Positions 27,167 through 40,431 of a stretch of DNA of 64,000 bases are shown piece after piece. The translations under genes and the position numbers were made by a program. The stretch lies in the NCBI GenBank assembly GCA_964016885.1, contig OZ024740.1, forward strand, positions 172,670,001 to 172,734,000. The letters run 5' to 3'. Numbering within the stretch: the stretch's first letter is position 1; the number at the start of each line of letters is the position of its first letter. This stretch comes from Eledone cirrhosa. Lineage: Eukaryota. The notes under the pieces were generated by a model. It did not search any database. It was not told the origin of the DNA and saw only the letters and a program-made list of their open reading frames with translations.

Positions 27167-27399
27167 TAGAGGGAAACAGAGATTGGATAATCAAGGATTT
27201 CATAGATTTGATCATAGGTCTATCGAATCAGTGGTTGACTTAGGGCTAAAAAACAACAACAACCGCATCCACACTATCTCAGTGAACATCTAACTGTAAT
27301 TAGCATTTATCACTGGTTTTTCTTTTAGAGAACATACAAAAAAATAACATAAAAGTATGTAAATAAATGTGTAGTGTTGTGTGTGTATGTATTGGTAGC

Positions 27400-28380
27400 G
27401 GTAATGGAGGATCTGATAGGGTAGGTGACAGCGGTGGCTGCCGTGGTGGTGGTGGTGATGGTAGTGATGGTGGTGGTGGTGTTAGTTGTGGTGGTGGTGG
27501 TGGTGTGGGTGTTAGTTGTGGTGGTGGTGGTGGTATGGATGTCAGTTGTGGTGGTGGTAGTGGTGTGGATGGGGGGGGGGGGGGGTAGTTGTGTGTGTGT
27601 GGGGGGGGGTAGTTGTGGTGGTGGTGGTGGTGGTGGTGGTGGTGGTGGTGATGGTAGTGACGGTGGTGTGGGTGTTAGTTGTGGTGGTGGTGGTGGTGGT
27701 GGTGATGATAGTGATGGTGGTGGTGTGGGTGTGGCTGCAGTGATGGAGGTGGTGATGGTAGTGATAGTGATGGTGGTGGTGGTAGTGATGGTGGTGTGGG
27801 TATGGGTGTTAGTTGTGGTGATAGTAGTGACGGTGATGGTGGTGGAGGTGTTAGTTAAGGTGGTGGTGGAGGTGGTGATGGTGGTGGTTTGTGGGTGTTA
27901 GTTGTGATGGTGGTGGTGGTGGTGGTGGCTGCAATGATGGAGGTGGTGATGGTAATGATGGTAGTGATGGTGGTGTGGGTGTGGGTGTTAGTTGTGGTAA
28001 TGGTAGTGATGGTGGTGGTGGTGTCGGTGTTAGTTGAGGTGGTGGTGGAGGTGGTGATGGTGGTGATGGTGATGGTGGTGGTGGTGTGGGTGTTAGTTGT
28101 GGTGGTGATGGTGGCGGTATGAGGTAAGAGTCGAAGATGGTGGAGGTAGTGGTGAAGAGTGTACTGGTGCTTATGATAGTTGATGATGGTTCTGATAGAA
28201 ATTGTTGTAGTGGTGACAGTGGGAGTTGGTGAAGAAGGGGAGGAAGAGAAGCAAGAGAAGGGGTTAAAGAAGAAGCAAGAGTAGTAGTAGTAGTAGTAGT
28301 AGTAGTAGAAGAAGAAGAAGAAGAAGAAGAAGAAGAAGAAGAAGAAGAAGAAGAAGAAGAAGAAGAAGAAGAAGAAAATA
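27400..28380. repeat. (GGT)n-based minisatellite followed by (GTA)n and (GAA)n
   Basis: Directly visible simple repeats. Confidence 0.95.
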
Positions 28381-28661
28381 ACGACGACGATGAGGGTCGG
28401 TGAGTGGGTAAGTTTGACATCAATTAGCCGTGTTCAGAGAAGGGGCCTGCTGGCTACATGTTACTGAAGGTACATCATCATCAGTCTGTTTAGCTGACAA
28501 TAATATTGATGTTACTAACTTCTAATTAATGTACACGAAACTCCATTACTATTGTAACATCTTCGATATCAACATAAACCATGTATGTGTGTGTGTGTGT
28601 GTGTATGTATATGTATATGTGTATGTATGTATGTATGTATTTATGTATGTATGTATGTATG

Positions 28662-29092
28662 TTCTTCTGGTTTTATAATTTCACAAAGTTTTACCAATAG
28701 AGAGAGAGTCGGTTTTTAACATAGACACAAGACTCTCTCATTGGAATTTACACAACATCAACTAGGTAGATATGTATGTATGCATGCATGTGTAGATATG
28801 GATGTTATTGTGTGTGTAGATGTGGATGTTTTGAATTGTATGTGTGCATGTGTATATGCAGTTATTAGATGCAAATTTTTGGAATGTTTTACATATTTTT
28901 ACTGTTCCATTAATGGATTGTACTTGTAATTTCCTAACTAGTTGTGTTCTGTTCCTGTGAAGCCTAGCTTCTCAAGATTTGTATTGAGGCAGTTACTAAC
29001 ATATCCCAGTGCCCCAATAATCACAGGCATAAATCTGAAGGTATAATCAGGGTGGAGTATCGGCAGATTTCTCATCAGTTCTGCATAAATAT
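28662..29092 (-). mobile_element. R4/Dong-like (RLE) LINE 3' end
   Basis: Homologous to 30940-31420; encodes YAEL.RNL..LH..Y.F..PVIIGALG; embedded in (TACA)n. Confidence 0.65.
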
Positions 29093-29159
29093 TGTATGTA
29101 TGTATGTATGTATGTATGTATGTATGTATGTATGTATGTATGTATGTATGTATGTATTA

Positions 29160-29770
29160 TGTCAGATCACCAGTTGGTGCTACTGGTAACATGTATCCCA
29201 GTACAACCTGTCTCATGGTCGGGTCGTTGGCGACTAAACTGGCAACCCCACCAATGTTTCTTGGTGAGGAGGGTGACTTTGAACATCCTGCAGGACAAAA
29301 AAAAAAACCTGTCAAAGGCCAAAGGAGCTCTTAAGAGTCAATGGCCATCCAAAATCACCAGGAGAGATGACCCCTTAGCTTTTGTCAAGGCAGAATTCTA
29401 GGAGAAGGAAAACTCTGATATAACACCTGCAACCCTGATGGTATCCAATGACGTTGACTTGTTCTTCTTTTTGGTAAATATCATCTTGGTTAAGAGAGTG
29501 GGACTGGCTTTGTGCAGTGCCTTTGCTCACTATAAAAGCTTCACGGCACAGGCATTGCTTTATATCTGGAGATCTCTCTACACTTGTCGTCATATGGTAA
29601 CATGAGCCCAGCACTATGTGTCAGTAATTGTCACAAGTGTAGTGTTTGTACCAGAGTTTTTAAGTCGCTGGCTGGACTAAAACGTCACACTCGTTCAGCG
29701 TATCTTTAGGGGTTCTCCTACATGGATATAAAGTAGTGGCCGTACTCGAAAACGAGTTGGCTGCCACCAT
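29160..29770 (+). mobile_element. RTE-associated non-autonomous element, apparently full length (~610 bp)
   Basis: Non-coding, flanked by (TATG)n, with the 3' end shared with the RTE tail. Confidence 0.75.
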
Positions 29771-29857
29771 GTATGTATGTATGTATGTATGTATGTATGT
29801 ATGTATGTATGTATGTATGTATGTATGTATGCATGTATCTATGTATGTATGTATGTA

Positions 29858-30464
29858 TGCCAGGATGAAGGATTCTAGAATACCAAAACAACTCTTCTAT
29901 GGAGAGTTGGTTAAAGGAAAACGACCGCCACATAAACCAAAAAAGAGGTATAAGGATTCCTTGAAAGCCTCTCTGAAAGACGCTAACATCTCTGCTGATA
30001 CATGGGAAAATATTGCTGCTGATCGTAATAAATGGAGAAAGACTGTATATGAGGGAAAAGTTGCCTTTGAGGCATCTCGAATCGCACACGAGAAAGTAAA
30101 GCGGGATGTGAGGAAGGGCATTGCTGTTGCACTTCCAGACGGCGAGGGTCCTCCTATGGTGCTGACATGCAGCGTCTGTGCGAGACTCTGCCTAAGCAAA
30201 GCTGGACTCGAAAGTCCTCTTCGCAGTCATAAAGCAAGACCAGTGGTTGACTACCAGGCTGCTGTTGGCGATGCTACTCATCATGCTTGCCAAACATGTG
30301 GTAGAGAATGTAAATCAGCAGGAGGGCTCAAGCGACATGCAAAAGTACACGAACTCCAACCACAGCCGACTATTCCCAGTGAATGTTTTGGTTGCCGACT
30401 CTGTGCAAGACATTGTAGATCATTGGCTGGGCTAAAAAGCCACATTCGATCGCAGCACTGTTAG
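29858..30464 (+). mobile_element. RTE/BovB-like LINE C-terminus with three C2H2 zinc fingers
   Basis: RMKDSRIPKQLFYGEL..GKR....PKKRYKDSLK..W...A.DR.KWR, then CxxC..S.AGL..H.R.H three times. The presumed 3' tail is at 30860-30900. Confidence 0.9.
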
Positions 30465-30577
30465 TTGTTATCGTGTGTGTGTGTGTGTGTGTAGATATGC
30501 TTATGTGCGTGCGTGTGTGTGTATATATATATGAATATGTATATCTTTATTGTTGTTGTCGTTATTATTATTATTGC

Positions 30578-30623
<46 letters not shown>

Positions 30624-30803
30624 GTTGTTATTAATGTATGTGTGTGTGTATATGTGTGTGTATGTGTATGTATGTGTGTATGTATGTATGTATGTATGTA
30701 TATATATATATATATATATATTTATTTTCTTTTTTTTATTTCTTTTTTTATTTATTTATTATTATTATTATTATTATTTTATTTTATTTTATTTTATTTT
30801 ATT

Positions 30804-30838
<35 letters not shown>

Positions 30839-30939
30839 TTTTTTATTTTTTTCTTCTCGTGCAATGGCCATACTCGATAACGAGGGGGCAGCCATCATGT
30901 ATGTATGTATGTATGTATGTATATATGTATAGATGTATG

Positions 30940-31420
30940 TTTTTCTGGTTTTATAATTTCACAAATGTTTACCAATAGAGAGAGAGAGTCGGTTTCTAAC
31001 ATAGTTACAAGACTGTCTCATTTGAATTTACACAACATCAACTAGGTAGATATGTATGCTTGTCTGCATGTGTGCGCGTGTGTATAGGGATGGATGTTAT
31101 TGTATGTGTGCATGTGCATATGCTTTGTATCTGTACATGTGTATATGCAGTTATTAGATGCAGAATTTTTTGGAATGTTATACATATTTTTACTGTTCCA
31201 TTAATGGATTGTACATGTAATTTCTTAACTAGTCGTGTTCTTTCTGTTTCTGTGAAGCCCAGCTTCTCAAGATTTGTATTGAGGCAGTTACTAACATACC
31301 CCAGTGCCCCAATAATCCCAGGCATAGATTTGAAGATATAGCCAGAGTGGAGTATCTGCAGATTTCTTATTAGTTCTGCATAGATATTCTCCTTTCGATG
31401 TTTTCGATGTGGCAAGGATA
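30940..31420 (-). mobile_element. R4/Dong-like (RLE) LINE 3' end
   Basis: KENIYAELIRNLQILHSGYIFKSMPGIIGALGYVSNCLNTNLEKLG, typical of the region after the RLE domain in R4-like elements. Confidence 0.65.
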
Positions 31421-33868
31421 CCCATATAAAAGCATTCTGCCCAATGTTAAACACACCGAAGCAGAACAAAGTGTTGTTACCAACATCCAAAAGCAACACC
31501 CGAAAACAAAAAACACAACCCCAAAATTAGAACAAAAACCATCAACATCTACTCCACCATCACAAACCAAAAAAGACACCACACCAAAAATTCTCCTGAA
31601 GGACTTTCTCTTGCTACTTCCTCCTCTGTCTAACACTCCCACAAACACACATACAAAAGCTCGACCACCACACAACATACCCCTCCCACATACCCCTGAT
31701 AATAACACCTCAGACGCGGCAACCTCATCTCCGAGTGAGGATGAAGAGGAGCCCCCCCCCCGACACAAAAGTCCCAATCACCAACACAAACACACAGCCA
31801 CCACCACAAATGACAACTAGACCAACAATACAAACACCATCACAACCCAAGAAGACCCTACCAGCAAAACAAAGACCAACACCACCACAAGCATAAATGC
31901 TCACCACCAAAGGAAAACTAGAGAATGAACAACAAACAAAAAATTCAAACCACAATACACATACATTAACACTATAAAACTGATACGAGTTGATACACCT
32001 AAAACTGATACGAGTTCCAACAAAAACTTACAGTTTTCTTAAAGAAAACTTTCCCTATGATGTTGGACTCCGTGCCCCCCCCCCCCACCAACATGGAGAT
32101 CGAACAACCCAACCTCTAGGAAACTAAAAGGTAAGTGTTCCTTCCTTTTTTCTCCCTAACTCTTCTTCACGGACATGGCGACTGTACGAGTTGGATGTTT
32201 CAATGTGCGTGGCCTGGGGATGTCCTGGAAACAGGGCCAACTTTTAAATGACCTCAGGTCACATCGTATAGATGTGATAGCCGTCAGTGAGTCCAGGATT
32301 CACGACAAGCATCAGTTAACCTCCATGTTCGATGATTTTGAGATCTACGCATCTCTCTGTCAGCCAGGAGGTGGAGGGAGAGTTGCTGTTTTGTTTCAAC
32401 AAACCTGGATCTCGAAGTACGGACAATCTACATGGATCAGTGGGAAAGTTGGTGGTCCTAGACGTGAATGGGGGTGAAGGTGGAGCTTTCAGACTGGTAG
32501 CCATCTATGCCCCGACTGTGACATCGCGGCCGAGTTCTTTAAGCGTCTGGAGTCTTTCCTGAGAACGACTCGCTCTTTCCTGTTAGCGGGGGACTGGAAT
32601 AGTATCTTGGACGCACGTTGGGACTTGGGACTATGTAGGGACATGTGATAGTAGAGGGGAGTGTAATAGCCTAAAAAATCTTATCAGCCAATTCCAACTG
32701 GCTGATAGATATCGACTAGATTTCCCATGTGCACCACCGTGGACGTGGAGCAACCACACTGAGTCTTCTAGATCGTATTTAGATAGATTTCTAATTAGAC
32801 AAAACGACATTAAGCAGTCCACAAATGCATATGGTTGCCTATTCAGACAACAAATTAGTGACCTGCATAGTCAATCTTGATAGAACACATAGACAGGGAC
32901 CCGGATACTGGAAGCTAAACATGTCGTTACCTACGCGTAAAGCTTACAGTAAACGGATTAGCAGTTTAGTTAAACGCCAGTTGACGGGGACCATCGTCAG
33001 CAACAGGTGGTGGTGTTCTCTCAAGAGAGCAATTAGAGTAGAATCGATATCCTTTAGCAAAGAAGTAGCTTTAGAGAAGATTAAGACGGAGAAGGAATTG
33101 GTAGCCAAAGTAGAGGTGGCACTTAGGAATGGCAGTACAGCTGACGTGCTAGCGGTGAGAACGGCACTAGACAAGTTCTTCAATGCGAAACACGCAGGTT
33201 GTATTATCAGAAGTAGAACACGTGCTTTGAGAAATGAAGCAGCGAAAGCTGTTAGCTGGGGCCGAGTGGCAGAAGCGAAATGTGGCAACAAATCCACAAT
33301 TTTGTCTTTGAAAAATCAAAACGAGCGCGTGTTAATTGAATCCAGACAGATGCGCACGGCTTTCCAGCAGCACTTTGCACAACTGTTTGGGTAGAGCGGT
33401 GTGTTGGACGGGGTGACGGACTTCAGTCCCTACCTCGACAGCGTATCGCGACACTCGAACACGAATACAGAAAGCTGCGAAAGGCCGATCACAGCCGCTG
33501 AAATACAAGACGCCATATACCACTGTGGGAAGCGTAAATCACCCGGTCTAGATGGTCTACCCTATGAGTTTTACATAGGCATGCCAGACTTGTTCCCTGA
33601 CGTCCTCGAAGCGGTCTACTGCAACTGGTAGGTTGAGGAAGACAAAGGAGAAGACAGGCACACTTACAAAACATGCTCCTGGAATTGAGGGTTGTTCTAT
33701 CTACGGAGTGTAAAACAACCCAATTGTAACGTTCCCCCTATTGGGGGTTTCGATTTTTATTTAATATTTTATAACTGTTCAAACTTTTTTATACGCTTAA
33801 ATGTAAAATCCCCGTCATACGTCCTGAAATGTCCCACTTCTTGTGTGCCCTTGTTGTAAATAAAAAAC

Positions 33869-33870
<2 letters not shown>
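31420..33870 (+). mobile_element. Tx1/L1-clade LINE relic: ORF1 tail, APE endonuclease and linker, then deletion to the 3'UTR
   Basis: GCFNVRGL, AIYAP, LAGDWN, SRSYLDRF, YSDNK, GPGYWKLN, KSPGLDGLPYEFY; followed by a 3'UTR-like segment and (ATCT)n. Confidence 0.9.
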
Positions 33871-33929
<59 letters not shown>

Positions 33930-36574
33930 AACGTTTTACACGTTTTTATTGTATGTAAACTTCCCCCTTTGTATTTGTCCCCTTCTTTTGTGCCCCTATG
34001 GCTAATAAAGAAATATATCTATCTATCTATCTATCTATCTATATACCGGTATTTACATATTATTTATCTTTCTCGCTCTTTCTCAGTCTATGTTGCTCAT
34101 TGTACATATTGGTCTCTCAGCTTCTACCATACCATATATGCATTATTTTCATTCTAGATGCGTACACACATACAGAACAGCATGTGGACTATTTCGAAAG
34201 GCCAAATCGTAGGATATGGAGTTAGACCTGGGTGAAGGGTTGTAGTTCCCCAAGATCATCCCAAAACCCTGAAGTCAGATGTGGTTCTTCGGTCCGAAAA
34301 TACGAAGATCTTTTTGATCAAACTCACTCGGAAGAATGCCAAATGCCAGAACATGTTGCAAGAGTACAGAGGAAAAGAATGACAAAAATGGCTATTTCTC
34401 TTCGAGATTGGCTGAAGAGAGTTCCCTACCCAGTGAGTAAGAAGAATATTCATAGCCATTAGAATACCACGAAGAAGAAGAGGGCAGCTCACAGGTCGGC
34501 GGAGGCGGCAGAAAGATACTTTTATTGGTTCAACTGGGGATAGAAGCTGAGGGCAAAAGTCTCTCCATTGGACAGGACGCCAGTCCAACGCAGTGTTAAG
34601 CACCTCAACTATTGCTGGCAATAATTTTCAACTGAGTATATTGGAGCAACATGAAATGAAGTGTTTGCACAAGATCACAACACAAAACGTAGTCCAGAAA
34701 TCGAACCCACGACATTATGATCGTACCACTTTTACCACAAAGCCACGCACTTCCACTGGAGTAACTGAAATATGAGGACACACATTTCACAAACGCTATG
34801 AATGATCTGGAGAAGAGAGTATAATATTCATTTGTCTGTTGTTAAAAGAATTCTGGGATATTCCGAAAATTTGAACATTACAAAGATTTAGTGAGAAATT
34901 GTTCCATCGTCTGGGTTGCAACATACGCAAACAGATTTATTTTCTCAACAATTACTTCAATGACATTTCCCGAAAATCACAGTAACATAAGTACCCTATA
35001 TGCTGGCGTACAAGGCGACCCCCAAATTTTCAAGTTAAACTGTAAGCTTTTAGCTATATTCGCCGTACAAGACGAACCCCACCTCCAATCGTATTTTAAA
35101 ATGTATTGTATTGAATATATTAAATACATTCAGTAAGCATATACTTTCTTTTCACACAAATTCTAATGAAAAAAAAAACGATGGGAAGATATTTTCAATT
35201 AACAACCACAATCTACACTTACCGTTCACCTACAATAATCTACCCAGTACACTTATCGTTCCCCTACCATAATCTACCTAGTACACTTACCGTTACCCAG
35301 TAGTGATAACACGATCAGCGGCTGTAAGCGCAAACGCTGGTGACGTCACTTTAAAAAAAATACCGGTATATAATAGTTAATATTTTATTGTCAATTACTT
35401 CTAGGTAAAACATTTTAAAATAGTTTAATATATTTAATAAAATCCATACAATATATTTTATAATGAGTTTATATACAATAGAAAACAATGAATGTTTTAA
35501 CATTTTATTGGCAAACATTTCAACATTTTTTCTTCTTTATAATTTCAACTAAAATGTTTATGACATTAAAATCCCTCAAAATCAAATGATTTGAAGGTTT
35601 TTCTTGGTTAATTGTACTTCAAATATATAGGAACCACAGAAGAGCAATACCAAGGAAAGCAGGATATTCATATGATGTCTGACTACCATTGAAGTATTCT
35701 AAGTGACTCTCTCGGAATTAAGTATTATCCAAAAATTTAAAACGAAGTTTTTTCCATGAAGAAAAAATGTATCTTTTGTTGATATAAGTTAATGTAAAAT
35801 AAGCCCATTTCTGTCGAGTTCTAAATATATGTAAGTTAACCAGTATATATTTCTATCTCAAAATTGATTCATAGTTTTGAATCGGATTAAGGAAAAGAGA
35901 CAGGTATGGCAAAACTATGGAGACTAAAAAAAAAAATGCTCCAATCACCGGGAAAATAACGGATTCATGATCCTGTGAACAATTAACGTGGTCTGAGATA
36001 AAGACTGGGATAATTAGATAGTAAAGATGACGACGATATGCTGTCTGAGGATAGAAGAAGATTCAGTGTCAGATTTTAAGATGCATACAGTAACAACATT
36101 CTGTTGAAGATCACAAGCATTACCAGAAGATGTCAGATGCTTTCTGCTCCGTCTAATGAATGCAGACAAGTTTCGATACGACAAGTTTCGATACGAGCAA
36201 GATCGTGGACTGCGCTCACTCAACCCAACGATTGAAATTTTACTTGTTGGTAGGTGGGTCACCCTAGTTGTTTTTCTTCTTTCCTTAAATTATATATTTT
36301 AAACTTATATCTGTGTTTATATATAATCATTTTTCATCTACCATATATACTAGTGTAAAGGTGAACCTTTTTCATACAATATTTGTAAGCGAAACATTCC
36401 AAGGGCCGACTATTTCACAGATATGGTATTTGATGTGCTGAAATTTCAAGGGAGATCCAAAGAATCGTATCAATGGTAGAACCCCAAATGATATTTTAAT
36501 TGAACGAAAAAATTTAAAAAGGGAAAAATGTATTTACGTGAAATTTATATGGTTTAGCTTATACATAAATGAAA

Positions 36575-36905
36575 TAATTGTTTCTACTTTTGGCACAAGG
36601 CCAGCAAATATCCAGTACATTAGTGGTACTTTATTTTATCGACCCCGTAAGGACGAAAGGCAAATAATGGGTCGTATTTTGTATTAAAATAATAATACTA
36701 CAGCAACTGCAGAGGTTCTTAGATAATTGTTTCTACTTTAGGCACAAGGCCAGCAATTACCCAGTGCATTACTGGTACTTTATTTTATCGACCCAGTAAG
36801 GATGAAAGGCAAAGTCAACCTCGGCGGCATTTGAACTCAGATCGTAAAGGGACGTAACTATGCTGGAAAGCATGGCGTCCAACACTCTACCGATACTGCC
36901 AATCC
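36575..36905 (-). mobile_element. Meta-like SINEs (partial 36575-36662; near full 36722-36905)
   Basis: Reverse complement of the 10798-10990 family. Confidence 0.85.
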
Positions 36906-37058
36906 AATTTAACGAAGTAGTGGCAGTAGTGACATTTAATAATAATTAAGCTTGGTATTTTATATTTTTGTTAAATATGTTGATAACGATAATTTCAATA
37001 TATGTATATATATATATATATATATGTTATCACGGCTGTTTAGTTCTAGTTGTGGTTG

Positions 37059-37091
<33 letters not shown>

Positions 37092-37101
<10 letters not shown>

Positions 37102-37705
37102 TATGATCGTCGGCAAATCACTGATGAGGGACTTATTTTATTACATGTTATCCATGTGCTACCAGCAGTACTTTTCTCCCCATTTTATTACATATATTTA
37201 CCCAAACTGCGATTCTGTTTTTCTCTCTCTCTCTCTCTTACTGCTCCCCCATTCTCTCTGTTTCTCCTACTTTCTTTCGCCCCCTCTGTCATGTCAGTTA
37301 ACTCTTCCTCACACTTCCACTCACTCACTCGCTGTTTCTCCTCTCCTCACTTCACCCCGTTCGCGAAGAAAGCAATTTCTCTCTTTTCTCACATTGCATT
37401 CGTTCGTGAAAGGTCTGTTTTCTAAGCGCTCATATATTCACCTAGCTTATGCTAACAGAATAACTATGAAGCTTGTCTCCTTCCTTCTACGGTTAGCTCT
37501 ACTCTTTGTTGTTTTCTTGTCTCACTCGCTTTACGCGTTTTAATTGTCCTAATAACTTAATTTAGTTATTATTGCACCGACGTGAGGTATATGATTTTTA
37601 ATGCAATGAAATATCTATGATCGTCGGCAAATCACTGATGAGGGACTTATTTTATTACATGTTATCCATGTGCTACCAACAGTATTTTTCTCCCCATTTT
37701 ATTAT
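37092..37705 (+). mobile_element. Non-coding element with ~100-bp direct terminal repeats (period ~514 bp) in (TA)n
   Basis: atgaaatatctatgatcgtcggcaaatcactgatgagggac..ccccattttatta occurs at 37092 and 37606. Confidence 0.75.
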
Positions 37706-37781
37706 TATATATATATATATATATATACGTGGAGAAATAAATATAGGAGACCAAACCGTTAAAACATGTTTATTTAAAATA

Positions 37782-37821
37782 GCACCTACGTACGTTTCGC
37801 CCGAATGGGGTTCTCAAGGGC
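37782..37821 (-). ncRNA. Minimal type I hammerhead, U3/A8 variant
   Basis: Minus strand: GCCC-TTGAGAA-C-CCC-ATTC-GGG-C-GAAAC-GTAC-GTA-GGTGC; palindromic loop III. Confidence 0.7.
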
Positions 37822-38175
37822 ATAAATAACTAAAAAGTGTTCCTTACATGACTCGGAATGGGTTTTTAGTTCACGTCAGAGTTCATTCTTCGTAAAAAAT
37901 AACATGTATTGATTTTGCAGCAGGTCAAGGGAGATAACTCTGGCCGGTGTTAGGGCTGCCTTTTCCGGACAAATTTTTTATCCGTTACCAGTATGTGGCT
38001 ACTACCTTACCATTGTCGATACGCACAGGGTCGGGTATGCGACGTTTGTTTCGAGGCGTTTGTTTGCAGCGCCTGCCCATCTAGGTCGATTCATGCCGGG
38101 TCTAGGATGCATGGTTATATATATATATATATACAAAATATAAAACAATCAAATTTTAATTTAATATATTTAATT

Positions 38176-38220
38176 GCTGACAATTGTTTCTTCCAGACGA
38201 ATGTCTGGTTTCATCGGAGC
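38176..38220 (-). ncRNA. Minimal type I hammerhead, U4C variant
   Basis: Minus strand: GCT-CCGATGA-AA-CCAGAC-ATTC-GTCTGG-AA-GAAAC-AATT-GTC-AGC. Confidence 0.68.
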
Positions 38221-38313
38221 ATACACAATGTTTAAACAGGTAATTATAATCCTAGTCTTCTGAACATTGATAAAGATACATAACTATTGACAGTGTCAGT
38301 GACATCATTATTA

Positions 38314-38370
<57 letters not shown>

Positions 38371-38467
38371 TTATAGAAGCTCCTTCTATAAAATAAAAAA
38401 ATTTTACTCTGCCATGTATTGAGTACCTTACTTACTGTGGTTATCCCCGACTCAACCCGGGACCTAC

Positions 38468-38500
<33 letters not shown>

Positions 38501-38501
<1 letters not shown>

Positions 38502-39680
38502 TAGCCGAATTACCCGATCCTTGCTGCGTTTCACACATTTTTTGTAAGAAAATGATGATTGGTTTCAAATCAGTGATATAATTTATAGAGAAAATCTCTG
38601 CAATTCAATATTACTCAATGTAAAATGTAATGCATGAAAAATTGGAAAACATTATTTTTTGTAATATATTAAATAACAAATTGCATTATTAAATTATCGG
38701 TGGATTGGCAGTATCAGTAGAGAGTCGGACGCCATGCTTTCCAGCATAGTTACGTCCCTTTACGATCTGAGTTCAAATCCCGCCGAGGTTGACTTTGCCT
38801 TTCATCCTTACGGGGTCGATAAAATAAAGTACCAGTAATGCACTGGGTATTTGCTGGTCTTGTGCCTAAAGTAGAAACAATTATTAAATTATTAAAGGGC
38901 GGTGGATTGGCAGTATCGGTAGAGGATCGGACGCCATGCTTTCCAGCATAGTTACGTCCCTTTACGATCTGAGTTCAAATCCCGCCGAGGTTGACTTTGC
39001 CTTTCATCCTTACGGGGTCGATAAAATAAAGTACCAGTAATGCACTGGGCAATTGCTGGCCTTGTGCCTAAAGTAGAAACAATTATTAAATATTATTCTT
39101 ATTTTGTTTCTTGAAAATAATTTTTTTCAAAATATCAATTTAAAACTTTTGTGAATAGGCATCATATCTTGTCATTTACCTACGGTTTAAATTTCATATA
39201 AATCAAAGAGAAAACTTTTCGGCGGGGTTTTGTGCCCCCGGGTAACCCTTTGATTAAAATGAAATATACTTATCCGAGTACCCTGGGCAATGTAGTTTCA
39301 GAATATATATGGTTATGGGCGTCTATCTTCAAAACCATAGTTCGTGAAATCTTGTTCCATTTATTGGCCAAAATGTTCACTATAGGGGGTTTAACACCCA
39401 TTAGGGTGTCTTAATATTATTGAAATTTGCTGAAATTTTGTGAATAGGCATCATATCTGGTCATTTACCTATGGTTTAAATTTCATATAAATTGAATGGA
39501 AAAGATTTTCAGCGGGGGTTTTGTGTCCCCCGGAGAACCCTTTGATTAAAATCAAATATACTTATCCAAGTACACAGGGCAATGTAGTTTCGGAATATGT
39601 ATGGTTATGGGGCTATATCTCCAAAACCATAGGAGGAGTTCGTGATCAAACAAACAAACAGACAGGAATACAACTTTATA
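38501..39680 (-). mobile_element. Non-autonomous Helitron with an internal ~250-bp duplication and nested SINEs
   Basis: 3' end gcaaggatcgggtaattcggCTAG|T; 5' end has (CTGT/TTGT)n close to TA-rich start; 39145-39345 is repeated at 39435-39645. Confidence 0.65.
38698..39088 (+). mobile_element. Two tandem Meta-like SINE copies
   Basis: Near-identical ~190-bp units at 38698 and 38898. Confidence 0.9.
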
Positions 39681-40054
39681 TATATATATACAAACATTAC
39701 TGATGATGGAGATGTCCTCAATGACAAGCATTTATGAAAACGATGATGAGATATAATGATGGTGATAATGATGATGAAGGTTGTAGTTCTGGAATCAAGA
39801 CGAAGACGGGGGCAACGATGACTGTGGAAGAGTTGATGGTGGTAATGATGACAAAGTTAATGAAGTTGATGACGATGACAACGATGATGATGATGATAAT
39901 GATGATATGGATTCAGCAGGGAACGTCTTTTACTCTGATTCCCGAGGGTTCTCATTAGTCAGGCAAACCAATATTCCAACAGCTTAACCAGAGATGTCTA
40001 TTTAGTTAGCCTACGAAAACGAAAACACTTTACGCCCATCAATATGTGCGTACA

Positions 40055-40129
<75 letters not shown>

Positions 40130-40174
40130 ATACTTTGGGAGGGTCATGTTGCCAATAATATAATAAATTAATAA

Positions 40175-40250
<76 letters not shown>

Positions 40251-40374
40251 AGTATATATGTATATACATGTATGTATATATGTATATACATGTATGTGTA
40301 TATGTATATATTTATATACATGTTTGTGTATATGTATATATATGTATATATATGTGTATATATATATATGTATA

Positions 40375-40431
<57 letters not shown>

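Noticed and set aside
27367-28423. Gly/Val/Pro-rich ORFs
   Set aside because: They are frames of a (GGT)n minisatellite and (GAA)n; there is no domain or splice support.
39700-39730. Isolated CTGATGA (also near 37120, 51825 and 56390)
   Set aside because: No downstream stem II plus GAAA or stem I pairing.
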